Shown here: piece by piece, positions 1 through 8,580 of the stretch
Layout: every line of letters begins with the position of its first letter
How positions within the stretch are numbered: the stretch's first letter is position 1
Origin: an uncultured Candidatus Saccharibacteria bacterium
GTDB lineage: Bacteria; Patescibacteriota; Dojkabacteria; CAZCSM01
Assembly: GCA_964501355.1 (NCBI GenBank)
Contig: CAZCSM010000002.1
Coordinates: 5,884-69,883, forward strand
DNA: 64,000 bases
Direction of reading: 5' to 3'
Position numbers and translations under genes: made by a program
The notes under the pieces: generated by a model
Told to the model about the DNA's origin: nothing
What the model saw: only the letters and a program-made list of their open reading frames with translations
Database searches by the model: none

Positions 1-17
1 AGGATGGTACTGAGCAT

Positions 18-1364
18 ATGGTTCTTTCAATTCAGTTTTATGGTGACAAGTTGGCAGAATTTGGCTGGGTTGTGCCTGTTCCTACAGAACCGGAAGTTGA
101 GAAGGGAGATATTGCAATTTTTCGAGAACTTGGTGACATGACAGTTCCAAAGGAGAATCTGTTGGAAAAGCTGATGAGCGATGATAATTATTATGCTACC
201 CCCATGATGGATGGTGCGGGAGCAATGGAGGATTCCACCAATCAAAAAACAACGGTCGAAGTTATTGAAGAAAAACAGGTTGGAATTTTGGACGTTGCAA
301 CTCTTCGTGCAGAAAAGGTTCAGGATTTAATTGACTGGATGGATGAAAATGGGTATGTTTTTCCATCTACTGATGGTTTGGGAAATAGTGATTTAAAGAC
401 GAAGCAGGTTCTTCAGGATTATATTGATGAAGATTGGTATTTCATTTTAAGTAAGGTTAATCCGGAGTTTGTTGATGAAGAAGTTTCTTCGGAAACAATT
501 TATGATGAACCTTACTACGATGACTATTATTATTATCGACCAGAACAAAAAGTTGACCTTACGCCGCTTCGAATATCCTTCAAAACAACTGATATTGTTT
601 ACCCAATGAAGATTTCTGCGGGTGGTTTACGAAATCAGAGTGTTCTTCTATACGTTTTTGATAATCATAAACTTCGCGTTTCCAATTATGATTACGAACA
701 AAATTACGGATATAGAGAAGATGAGGATGATAACTCCAGATTTGTTACAGAATATTCAGAAAAGATTGATAAAAGTGATATCGACGATTTGACAAGTTCA
801 ATCGGGAAAGGTTCTTGGTTAGAGCCGGATTCTGATATGTATTTGACAAAACTCTATTGTTCAAGCCTTGCTTATACAGATATGGATGAAGATGTTTTGT
901 TCGAAGATGCAAAAGATAACAAAAGCGTTAATGCGGGAGAAATGACAGTATGGGAATGGATTCTCTTGCCAATCGTTTTCGTGGTCTATCTTCCATACAA
1001 TATTCTCAACGGATTCGAAGGTTTTATGGATTATACATATTGGGGTGGTGGGATTGTTTCTGCGATTGTATTAATTGGTTTTATGATCGCTTTAAGTGCG
1101 GCAATTGTCTTTGGTTTTGCTTGGGGAACGAAAAAGATGAAGACGGATCTTGCGAAGAAAATTCTCAAGGTATTATTATTTCCTGCTCTTTGGCTTCTTG
1201 GAATATTTGTTGCTCTTGTCGCCGTTATTCCCTTTGGATACATAATGGAGCTTGTAGGAGTTCGTTCTGATGTGATTATGATAGATGCGGTGATGTTAGA
1301 AGGATTGCTGTCGACGGGTTTAGTGTTGTTGGGATATAGGATAATTGGGAGGAAAAACCTTTAG
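18..1364 (+). CDS. hypothetical acidic protein with C-terminal multi-TM region; frame is open to the window edge so the true start may lie upstream
   Basis: 448-aa ORF; Asp/Glu/Tyr-rich N-terminal part, 3-4 hydrophobic helices in last ~150 aa; no catalytic motif recognised. Confidence 0.55.
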   Translation: MVLSIQFYGDKLAEFGWVVPVPTEPEVEKGDIAIFRELGDMTVPKENLLEKLMSDDNYYATPMMDGAGAMEDSTNQKTTVEVIEEKQVGILDVATLRAEKVQDLIDWMDENGYVFPSTDGLGNSDLKTKQVLQDYIDEDWYFILSKVNPEFVDEEVSSETIYDEPYYDDYYYYRPEQKVDLTPLRISFKTTDIVYPMKISAGGLRNQSVLLYVFDNHKLRVSNYDYEQNYGYREDEDDNSRFVTEYSEKIDKSDIDDLTSSIGKGSWLEPDSDMYLTKLYCSSLAYTDMDEDVLFEDAKDNKSVNAGEMTVWEWILLPIVFVVYLPYNILNGFEGFMDYTYWGGGIVSAIVLIGFMIALSAAIVFGFAWGTKKMKTDLAKKILKVLLFPALWLLGIFVALVAVIPFGYIMELVGVRSDVIMIDAVMLEGLLSTGLVLLGYRIIGRKNL

Positions 1365-1376
1365 GCTTTTTTAAAA

Positions 1377-1406
1377 TGTAGAGACGCAAAATTTTGCGTC
1401 TCTACA
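1377..1406. terminator. 30-nt perfect palindrome tgtagagacgcaaaa/ttttgcgtctctaca directly after stop of 18..1364; shares its 12-nt arm aatgtagagacg with palindrome at 56019-56046
   Basis: perfect inverted symmetry read directly; preceded by T/A run; position immediately 3' of a gene. Confidence 0.45.
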
Positions 1407-1540
1407 TATAACTAGTTGTATAAACCACTAGCGATAGCTAGTGTGTACGTTTGAAGCGTAGCATTTAGCGAACGTTAGTTTAGAATATAAGAATCGTTTG
1501 TGATAGGCGTTAAGTTTAGAAAAGAGAAAGATTAAGTTAT

Positions 1541-1705
1541 GTTACTTTTGAGACCAAAAGTAACCAAAAGTCTTGAACCAAATGAACTCCATCCAGTACC
1601 AAACCAAAAACAAATAGCAACCGGAATCATTTGGTTCAAACTCCAACGACTAACGACCGAATACAGATAACAAGGGGAATAATATTAAGTTAAGATGTAT
1701 GAATC
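1541..1705 (+). ncRNA. copy A of a repeated structured element family (unclassified; candidate cis-regulatory RNA or small mobile structured element)
   Basis: 5' hairpin gttacttttg-agac-caaaagtaac, long-range helix gaaccaaatga...tcatttggttc, invariant aaatagcaacc loop, conserved tail cgaatacagataacaagggga; five other copies in window. Confidence 0.5.
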
Positions 1706-1718
1706 AGGCGTAGCCTGC

Positions 1719-1749
1719 AAGATAAAAACCACCGGATTCTATCCGGTGG
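1719..1749 (-). terminator. rho-independent terminator of the minus-strand gene 1754..3172
   Basis: minus-strand reading gives stem accaccgga-tagaa-tccggtggt followed by TTTTTATCTT immediately after the stop codon. Confidence 0.7.
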
Positions 1750-1753
1750 TAAT

Positions 1754-3172
1754 TCATTTCTTTTTCAACATTCTTCTAACTAGTTTGAATGGTGCCGAGA
1801 AAAGGTTCTTTTTTAATAATAAAGAGAATAATCCTAGGATTATAATAATTCCTCCTCCAAGTGCAACTACAATGCCAATTACAATGTAAATCCAATTTTG
1901 ACTTAAGAAATCTTGAATTTGTTTAACTAAATCACTTTCGGTAATCACCGGCGCAGTGTATGTTATTGAGCCTTCTATTTTTCCGAACTCTCCATCTTCA
2001 TTTTTTGCATAAGCTTCAATCGTGTTTCTCCCTTCGATTAATTGAACCTCTTGTGCAAAATCTCCATTTTCATCAAATTCGACTTTTATTTCTTCGTCAT
2101 TTAACACAATAAAAACATCAGATGAAACATCAGAAACGGTTCCTTCAATTGTCAAAATGCCTGTTTCTAGATTTACGTAATCTTGAAAGTTATCTAGATT
2201 AGTCTTCAATGTCGGTTCCAATTTTACTTCAATCTTCTCGCCTTCATGTTCCTTAATAACTTCCGGTGTTAGTTCAACTTTCTTTTCACCGGTTTCCGTT
2301 TCAGTAATTTTGTAATCATCCGTTCCAAGGACTGCGCCATTAAGCGTAACGGCAGAATCTTCAGTATATTGATCTTCCGTATCGTAGAAAGTAACCTCGA
2401 CAGGAGCTTCCCAGATCGCCCAGAATTCCCAACTCATCCAGAAAAACATATATTCAAAACCAACATTATTATCCAAATTTTTCACCGCATTTTCGGCTGT
2501 ATCCGTTGACATATCTACATCTCCAAGAAATGTCATCATTGATAAATCCTGTCTATCAAGGGTGAAGTTACTTACGCTTGCTGGGTTCTCTATTTTACTT
2601 AAATCGGTCGTATTAGAACCTTCGAAGAAGAACCATTGATTTATTTCAATATCAATTATTGTAATGTCTACAACAATAATCGGCGCGGGCGTTGGTGAGG
2701 GTGTCGGAGTAGGTGTTGGTGTAGGAGTTGAAGTCGGCGTTGGTTCTGGTTCGGGTGTTGGTACAGGATCGGGGTATTCCTGTTTTTGATTAACCGTAAA
2801 CCAACCATCAGATTTGTCGTTTAAACTTCCTGTCCCCGTTTCGTAACCCGTTAAATCAATAACGTATTGAGTGTTTGTCGTATTTCCAACATCAACTTTC
2901 CAGGAGTAGGATCCAGTGTTTGGAGCTGTGAAAGCGACCCAATCAAGATGACCAGGTCCATGTGAGTAACCAATTGAAACTTTATCTATGTTTGGAGATG
3001 TTTTCCAAGTGATAGTCATCATGTCTCCTTCCGTATACACTTCTCCGCCATTTGGAGATGTTATTGTAACAAATCCATCAATCGCTGCGAAAGCCTTCTG
3101 GGCCGGTATTAGCACCAGCATGTTGTTTGCAATAATCAGCGCAACCAAGAACATTTTTAATAATTTCTTCAT
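1754..3172 (-). CDS. secreted/cell-surface protein with signal peptide, Pro-Thr-rich linker and C-terminal TM anchor plus Lys/Arg tail
   Basis: N-terminal MKKLLKMFLVALIIANNMLVLIPAQKAFA signal-like segment; PTPEPEPTPTSTPTPTPTPTPSPTPAP linker; C-terminal hydrophobic helix then KKNLF..RRMLKKK. Confidence 0.7.
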   Translation of the reverse strand: MKKLLKMFLVALIIANNMLVLIPAQKAFAAIDGFVTITSPNGGEVYTEGDMMTITWKTSPNIDKVSIGYSHGPGHLDWVAFTAPNTGSYSWKVDVGNTTNTQYVIDLTGYETGTGSLNDKSDGWFTVNQKQEYPDPVPTPEPEPTPTSTPTPTPTPTPSPTPAPIIVVDITIIDIEINQWFFFEGSNTTDLSKIENPASVSNFTLDRQDLSMMTFLGDVDMSTDTAENAVKNLDNNVGFEYMFFWMSWEFWAIWEAPVEVTFYDTEDQYTEDSAVTLNGAVLGTDDYKITETETGEKKVELTPEVIKEHEGEKIEVKLEPTLKTNLDNFQDYVNLETGILTIEGTVSDVSSDVFIVLNDEEIKVEFDENGDFAQEVQLIEGRNTIEAYAKNEDGEFGKIEGSITYTAPVITESDLVKQIQDFLSQNWIYIVIGIVVALGGGIIIILGLFSLLLKKNLFSAPFKLVRRMLKKK

Positions 3173-3307
3173 AACTCGTTAATGAAAAATATTGTACGGA
3201 TTATATAGAATCACTAAATACATTGCAATATCGGAGTTTTAACATCCATTTGCTTATCATCTATAATTTATTGTATATTGAATTAGAATATTCTATGTTG
3301 CGAAACA

Positions 3308-4576
3308 ATGAATCTAATTGATCTACAAAATTTCTTGATTGCCATTGCGGTTGGTGGGATTATCGGTTTGGAACGCGAGATTGGTAGAAGAGAAAAGAAA
3401 GATGCAATTAGTTTTGCCGGTCTTAGAACATTTATACTCGTTAGCTTCTTTGGTGCCCTTAGCTACTTTATGGGGGAAAAGCTAAATCAGCCGATACTTC
3501 CTGCCGTCGGTTTCGTGATTTTTTCATTACTAATAATAGTCTCCTATTACATTTCAGCGCAGAAAGGCTTTTGGGGAATTACCACAGAATTAACAGGACT
3601 TCTCACGTATCTTTTAGGCGTACTTGTAATGCAGGCAGATTATCAGGTCTATGCAGTAATCTTTGCTGTATTAATAACAATACTTCTCGCATTCAAGAAA
3701 TACGTTCGTCGATTTATTCAAAAGACAAAAACTAAAGAATGGTATGATACGATGAAGTTCGCATTCATAGCATTCGTCATTCTGCCCTTATTGCCAAATC
3801 AGGGTTTCGGACCTTATGAATTTTTCAATCCATATCAAACATGGTTGATGGTTGTTTTCGTTTCGGGTTTATCCTTCGCCGGTTACTTCGCAGTCAAATA
3901 TTTCGGCACGAGAATTGGTGTTAGCTTGTCCGGACTTCTTGGCGGAATAGCTTCGAGTACTGCGGTTACTACATCAATGTCTCATCGAAGCAAAGATGTT
4001 AAGGAAAAAGATTACAAGCCATTTGTAATCGCCACTGTTCTTGCTTGTAGCATCATGTTTGTTCGTGTAATTCTGGAAGCCGCAACAATTAATCAGGAAC
4101 TTGCACTGATCCTTCTTTTCCCAACGGCCATTATGTTTCTCGCAGGAATTGTTCCAATTCTACTTTGGTGGAGAAAGGGGAAAGAGAAAAGTGATAAAGA
4201 ATTAGACCTTCCAAGTCCTTTCCGGTTACAACCGGCGATTGCGTTTGCTGCAATTTATACATTTGTTCAACTTGTTGTTAATGTATTAGTTCATGAAGGT
4301 GTTGGTCAAACAGGAATAATTTTTACAAGTGTTATTGCAGGAATTACTGATGTTGATGCAATTACCCTTTCTCTTTCCCGCTTCGCACAAGAGGGTTCAA
4401 TTACAATGGACTCGGCTGTAAATGGAATTCTGGCGGCTCTGTTTACAAATACAATTGTTAAGGGCGGAATTGCATGGTTTTGGGGAGGAAAGGAATATAG
4501 AAAAAAAGTAGCGATGATTTTATTCGCGATATTACTGATAGGAATCTGCTCCATATTTATTTTAAGAGTTACTTGA
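3308..4576 (+). CDS. MgtC/SapB-family membrane protein with DUF4010-like C-terminal half
   Basis: N-terminus AIAVGGIIGLEREIGRREK matches MgtC family signature; ~10 predicted TM helices over 422 aa. Confidence 0.6.
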   Translation: MNLIDLQNFLIAIAVGGIIGLEREIGRREKKDAISFAGLRTFILVSFFGALSYFMGEKLNQPILPAVGFVIFSLLIIVSYYISAQKGFWGITTELTGLLTYLLGVLVMQADYQVYAVIFAVLITILLAFKKYVRRFIQKTKTKEWYDTMKFAFIAFVILPLLPNQGFGPYEFFNPYQTWLMVVFVSGLSFAGYFAVKYFGTRIGVSLSGLLGGIASSTAVTTSMSHRSKDVKEKDYKPFVIATVLACSIMFVRVILEAATINQELALILLFPTAIMFLAGIVPILLWWRKGKEKSDKELDLPSPFRLQPAIAFAAIYTFVQLVVNVLVHEGVGQTGIIFTSVIAGITDVDAITLSLSRFAQEGSITMDSAVNGILAALFTNTIVKGGIAWFWGGKEYRKKVAMILFAILLIGICSIFILRVT

Positions 4577-4592
4577 ACTGGGGAATTACACT

Positions 4593-5879
4593 ATGAAGGT
4601 ACTTTTTAATCCGATGGGTGGGTCTCTTGCACATACCGTAAGGTGTATAGCCGTTGCAGAAGAACTGAGAGATCGAAAGCATGAGGTTTTTTTTACAGCT
4701 CCGCGAGATCAGATTGCATTTATAAAAGATCAGGGTTTTGAAGTTGTCGGTGATTTTGAAGTTGTAAGCTTTACCGATCCTGAAGATCAATCCTTGAATT
4801 ATATGGAGTCGAATAAAGACAAGTTCGTTGAATGGTTTAAGACAGAAATTGCTGCTGTCGATATGATTAAACCAGATGTCGTCGTTACTGCGCCGGGATT
4901 TCTTGGTTCAACAATCTGGCATGCGAGAAAAATTCCCAATGTGGCTATTCTCGACTCTGTGTATACTTATAAATCAAAAGGAATTCTAGGACTTTCCTTA
5001 TCAGATGATAGTGTCAAGAGTGTTGTTTTAAGAAGATTAATACAACCGGTTTTTGAATCGAAATTCTATGAGTTGTACATTACTCAAGTATTGGATATTT
5101 ACAACCGGTTGGGTATTTCAACGGAAAATGTTAAAACCCGAAAGGATGTTCAATCCTTTACAAAAATTATTGTTCCCGGAGATTCACAACTTGAAGTCCT
5201 TAAAGATAATTTAGATCAGGATATTATTCATGTTGGTCCAATTTTTTGGAAGGGGTGGGAGGAAATGGAGACCCGTTTTACGGATGATTACATATTAAAT
5301 TTTAAAAAGAATAATTTCTTGGTAGGAGTATTCTTTGGTGGTAGCGTTCACGATAGAAATATCTATGAAAATGTCATAAATACGTTCAAGGATAACGCAG
5401 CAAACATGAAAGTTATAATTGGTTTTGGTCCCAATTACAAAAGATCCGATTTCCCTGCAGATAACGATAAGATTTTGTTCTCTAAATACCTACCCGGACT
5501 TCGAATCTCAAGGCATGCTGATCTCATTGTGAATACGGGAGCCCAGGGAGGAACTTCGCAGGCCCTTTATTATGGAAAGCCTGTTATCGCTTTCCCAACT
5601 AATATTGACCAGTCTTATTACGCGAATAGGCTTGAGGAGTTAAAACTGGGAATCAATGTTAATAAGGTTAAGCTTTCAGAATTCTCGAAGAGAGAGTCTT
5701 ATGCAAACGTGGATGATACAATTTCAGATAAGATTATTAACGCAATTAATAAAATCAGAAAGGATATTAAATATAAAGAGAGGGCGGTCTGTTTTTCAAA
5801 GTTTTTACAGAATACGTACCATGATCCCGTTCATGCTTCTGCAGATATAATTGAGGATATTGTTAGAAATGGTCTTTGA
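4593..5879 (+). CDS. GT1-family UDP-glycosyltransferase (MGT/OleD-like, GT-B fold)
   Basis: N-terminal NPMGGSLAHTVRCIAVAEELRDRKHEV and C-terminal GAQGGTSQALYYGKPVIAFP donor-binding motif typical of GT1. Confidence 0.7.
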   Translation: MKVLFNPMGGSLAHTVRCIAVAEELRDRKHEVFFTAPRDQIAFIKDQGFEVVGDFEVVSFTDPEDQSLNYMESNKDKFVEWFKTEIAAVDMIKPDVVVTAPGFLGSTIWHARKIPNVAILDSVYTYKSKGILGLSLSDDSVKSVVLRRLIQPVFESKFYELYITQVLDIYNRLGISTENVKTRKDVQSFTKIIVPGDSQLEVLKDNLDQDIIHVGPIFWKGWEEMETRFTDDYILNFKKNNFLVGVFFGGSVHDRNIYENVINTFKDNAANMKVIIGFGPNYKRSDFPADNDKILFSKYLPGLRISRHADLIVNTGAQGGTSQALYYGKPVIAFPTNIDQSYYANRLEELKLGINVNKVKLSEFSKRESYANVDDTISDKIINAINKIRKDIKYKERAVCFSKFLQNTYHDPVHASADIIEDIVRNGL

Positions 5880-8100
5880 GATCTTCTTTTTAGGAATAAT
5901 ATTAGCGTTTAACCTCGTCGTTATTTTTACCTTGCTTTTTGCTGAAACACAAAGGTTTAAGGAATCTCGTAAGTGGTTTGTTCTGCTAAATATATTTGTA
6001 GTTTTCTGGGTGTTATCCATTTTTATAACCGATATGTTTTACGATCTCACGATAGTAAGTCTGTGGGCGTCTAGAACTTCTTTTCTCTTCTCAATATTTA
6101 TAGCTTTTTTTCTTTATCGATTTGTTAAGAGTTATCAGAAAACGATTCTGCCTATCTGGGATTTTTGTGGAATATTATTTGAAATATTCAGTATAGTTTT
6201 TGGTGTTGCTTCACTGACGAAGTATAACATTTGGGGAGTTGTTGTGCTTGGTGAAAATAGTTTGAAGTCGGAAGTCGGATTTCTTTATCAATTTATTTCC
6301 TTATTTATTTCTATATATTTTGTTTTTTCAATTGCACTTTTCTTCAAGATTTACAAGGAAGAACGAAATCTTTCTCTCAAGACACAAATAGGCAATATCT
6401 TAATAGGGAGTACCTTGTCAATCTTCTCTTCCTTGGTAACAAATATTTTAATGCCGATGTTAGGTTTTCCTGAAATTCGATTTCTAGGTCCATTAGCATT
6501 AGGATTTTTTCTGTTCTTTACCTACTTCTCAATGCTTCGGGAACGATTCCTTGGGACGAAACAGATGCTCTACAACACCATTTATACATTTCTCTTCGCA
6601 CTGGTCCCATACGCAACCTTCCACATCATAGTATTCTTACAAAATATGATTTGGGGAAGTGTTTTTGAAACAGGTGCTTTGATAACAGGATTCTTTTATT
6701 CGTTAATTTTTTTATATGTTTTTAAGGCTGCGGGCAAATGGCTCAGTGTATTTGTAAAAGGATATGTTTTGAATTATCAATACGATCCTCTAGAGCAGCG
6801 AGATCGGTTTTTGGAAAAAACCAGAAACATTCTTGATATAAATGAATTGATTTCGGTTTTGAAAGAATTTGTAGATAATGTTGTTCGTCCGGTCAAAAGC
6901 TGGGTTGTTTTGAAGCCTCAATATCAAATAACGAATGAAGATTTAAAAAGTTCTGATTTCGGCTTTGGTAAAATCAATGGTTTGATAAAGGAATCTGAAT
7001 TGAAATTGCCATTGATTACTGATGAATTATTTGTAAAACACATTGAAGGAAAACACGAGTCTGAAGCTGATCCTAAATTTCAGCTTTGGAAGTTCTTGGA
7101 CATCAATAATATCCGAGCTGTATTATCTGTGAAAGATAAATCCCGTATTTATGGATATCTTGTGCTTGGTGAATTAAAGAGCGGTTCTGCGTATAGTGTT
7201 GAAATCGTAGAGCTCTTGGAGTTCTTGATTGACAATACGGCAATGGCAATTAACCGTGCACTTTTGTATCAAAAGGTAAAAAACTTTAATAAAATTCTCG
7301 TGGATGAAATCGAATCCGCTACAACACATCTTGCGGAAGCGAATGCTGAGCTTCGTAAGGTTGATGAAGCAAAGGACGATTTAATCTCAATTGCATCTCA
7401 TGAACTTCGAACACCTGCAACAATTGTAAAAGGTAAACTTCATTTGCTTAAAGGACGCGTTGCAAAATTAAAGGTTTGTGAGGGCTATGATCCCAAGATT
7501 GATAATGATATTGATGTTTGTCTATCTGCAATAGAAAGAGAGATTGAACAGGTAAACACTCTTCTTGAAGCTTCAAGGATTGGTAAGGACACGATGGTTT
7601 TGGACAAACAACTTTTTGATTTATATGATGTAGTTGAACAGGCAGTTGAAGATTTTGAAGGCATTGCAGCAGAGCAGGGACTTGAATTAACGATTGAGAA
7701 AACTGTGAAAGATTTACCTTTTGTGAATATTGATGTTCGACGTATCCGGGAAGTAATTGATAATCTAATCACCAATGCCATTAAGTATACAGAAGAAGGT
7801 TCAATAAAAGTTCGCGTATTTCAAAAAAATGCGAGAGAAATTAGTGTTAGCTTCACTGACACAGGAATCGGTGTTCCTAAAGAAAAGTTAGATCGACTAT
7901 TTACGAAGTTTTATCGTGTGAGGAACGATGAGGAAAATCGTTCTAAATTAGTAAAGCCGGGAGGAACTGGTCTTGGTCTCTTTGTTGCAAAGAACATTGT
8001 TGAAAAACATGGCGGAAGTATTTCCGTAAAGAGCGAAGAGGGGAAGGGATCCGTGTTTACTTTCTGTCTTCCTGTAAGCAGGAAGGATAATGTTGGGTAA
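5851..8100 (+). CDS. membrane sensor histidine kinase (multi-TM N-terminal sensor, HisKA, HATPase_c)
   Basis: ~8 TM helices in first 300 aa; H-box SIASHELRTP; G-boxes GGTGLGLFVAKNIVEKHGGSISVKS; overlaps upstream gene by 29 nt. Confidence 0.8.
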   Translation: MRILLEMVFEIFFLGIILAFNLVVIFTLLFAETQRFKESRKWFVLLNIFVVFWVLSIFITDMFYDLTIVSLWASRTSFLFSIFIAFFLYRFVKSYQKTILPIWDFCGILFEIFSIVFGVASLTKYNIWGVVVLGENSLKSEVGFLYQFISLFISIYFVFSIALFFKIYKEERNLSLKTQIGNILIGSTLSIFSSLVTNILMPMLGFPEIRFLGPLALGFFLFFTYFSMLRERFLGTKQMLYNTIYTFLFALVPYATFHIIVFLQNMIWGSVFETGALITGFFYSLIFLYVFKAAGKWLSVFVKGYVLNYQYDPLEQRDRFLEKTRNILDINELISVLKEFVDNVVRPVKSWVVLKPQYQITNEDLKSSDFGFGKINGLIKESELKLPLITDELFVKHIEGKHESEADPKFQLWKFLDINNIRAVLSVKDKSRIYGYLVLGELKSGSAYSVEIVELLEFLIDNTAMAINRALLYQKVKNFNKILVDEIESATTHLAEANAELRKVDEAKDDLISIASHELRTPATIVKGKLHLLKGRVAKLKVCEGYDPKIDNDIDVCLSAIEREIEQVNTLLEASRIGKDTMVLDKQLFDLYDVVEQAVEDFEGIAAEQGLELTIEKTVKDLPFVNIDVRRIREVIDNLITNAIKYTEEGSIKVRVFQKNAREISVSFTDTGIGVPKEKLDRLFTKFYRVRNDEENRSKLVKPGGTGLGLFVAKNIVEKHGGSISVKSEEGKGSVFTFCLPVSRKDNVG

Positions 8101-8136
8101 AATTGTGCAATAATAGTGTAAGATGGTTTTTGATAG

Positions 8137-8508
8137 ATGGTTAGTAACAAATCTCTAAAATTTGAAGATTTGGAAGTTTGGAAACTTTCTCAAACGTTAT
8201 TCCTAGAGCTGTCGGATATCTTTTATTTGAAATCTTTCCACAATTACTCTTTCCAAGATCAAATTATGAGAGCAGCAATTTCTATTAGTAATAATATTGC
8301 CGAAGGTTATGGACGTGGTGGGAAAAAGGAGCTTATCCGATTCTTGTTTATAGCCAAAGGTTCATGCGAGGAAGTTAAGAATATGATATATTTGGCGTTT
8401 TCTTTAAAATATATCTCGGAAGAACAGAAATTGGAATTTTTGCAGAAAACGACACAATTGAGCGTAAAGCTTAATAATTTTGTCAATTATTTAAAGAAAA
8501 AGGTCTGA
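8137..8508 (+). CDS. four-helix-bundle protein (TIGR02436 / 23S rRNA intervening-sequence protein family), copy 1 of 3
   Basis: 123 aa; motifs LEVWKLSQ..., ISISNNIAEGYGRGGKKELIRFLFIAKGSCEEVKNMIYLA shared with paralogs at 39080..39463 and 45574..45936. Confidence 0.75.
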   Translation: MVSNKSLKFEDLEVWKLSQTLFLELSDIFYLKSFHNYSFQDQIMRAAISISNNIAEGYGRGGKKELIRFLFIAKGSCEEVKNMIYLAFSLKYISEEQKLEFLQKTTQLSVKLNNFVNYLKKKV

Positions 8509-8580
8509 TATATTTTTCAACAGTCTTCTCTCAACATTACACAATGTTACACTATATTAAACCATTTTACACAACTTATT

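Noticed and set aside
27-245. Numerous 60-130-aa antisense or shadow ORFs listed in the track (for example 27..245, 950..1270, 1031..1243, 7485..7781, 19760..20111, 33477..33683, 57208..57990)
   Set aside because: They overlap well-supported longer genes on the opposite strand or in another frame and have no motifs of their own.
1541-1705. The repeated element as a tRNA, tmRNA, SRP RNA or RNase P RNA fragment
   Set aside because: No cloverleaf, no conserved SRP domain IV or RNase P P4 motifs. Six near-copies in 64 kb is incompatible with those single-copy RNAs.
1695-1889. 64-aa ORF starting with MYES inside element copy A (a similar MYEEC* follows copy C)
   Set aside because: It overlaps the terminator and the 3' end of the minus-strand surface-protein gene. 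The shared ATGTATGAA is more likely part of the element's conserved tail than a coding start, although a tiny leader peptide cannot be excluded.
8137-8508. Four-helix-bundle proteins as Avd components of a diversity-generating retroelement
   Set aside because: No reverse transcriptase, template/variable repeat pair or target gene is nearby. The sequence pattern fits TIGR02436-type proteins rather than DGR Avd loci.
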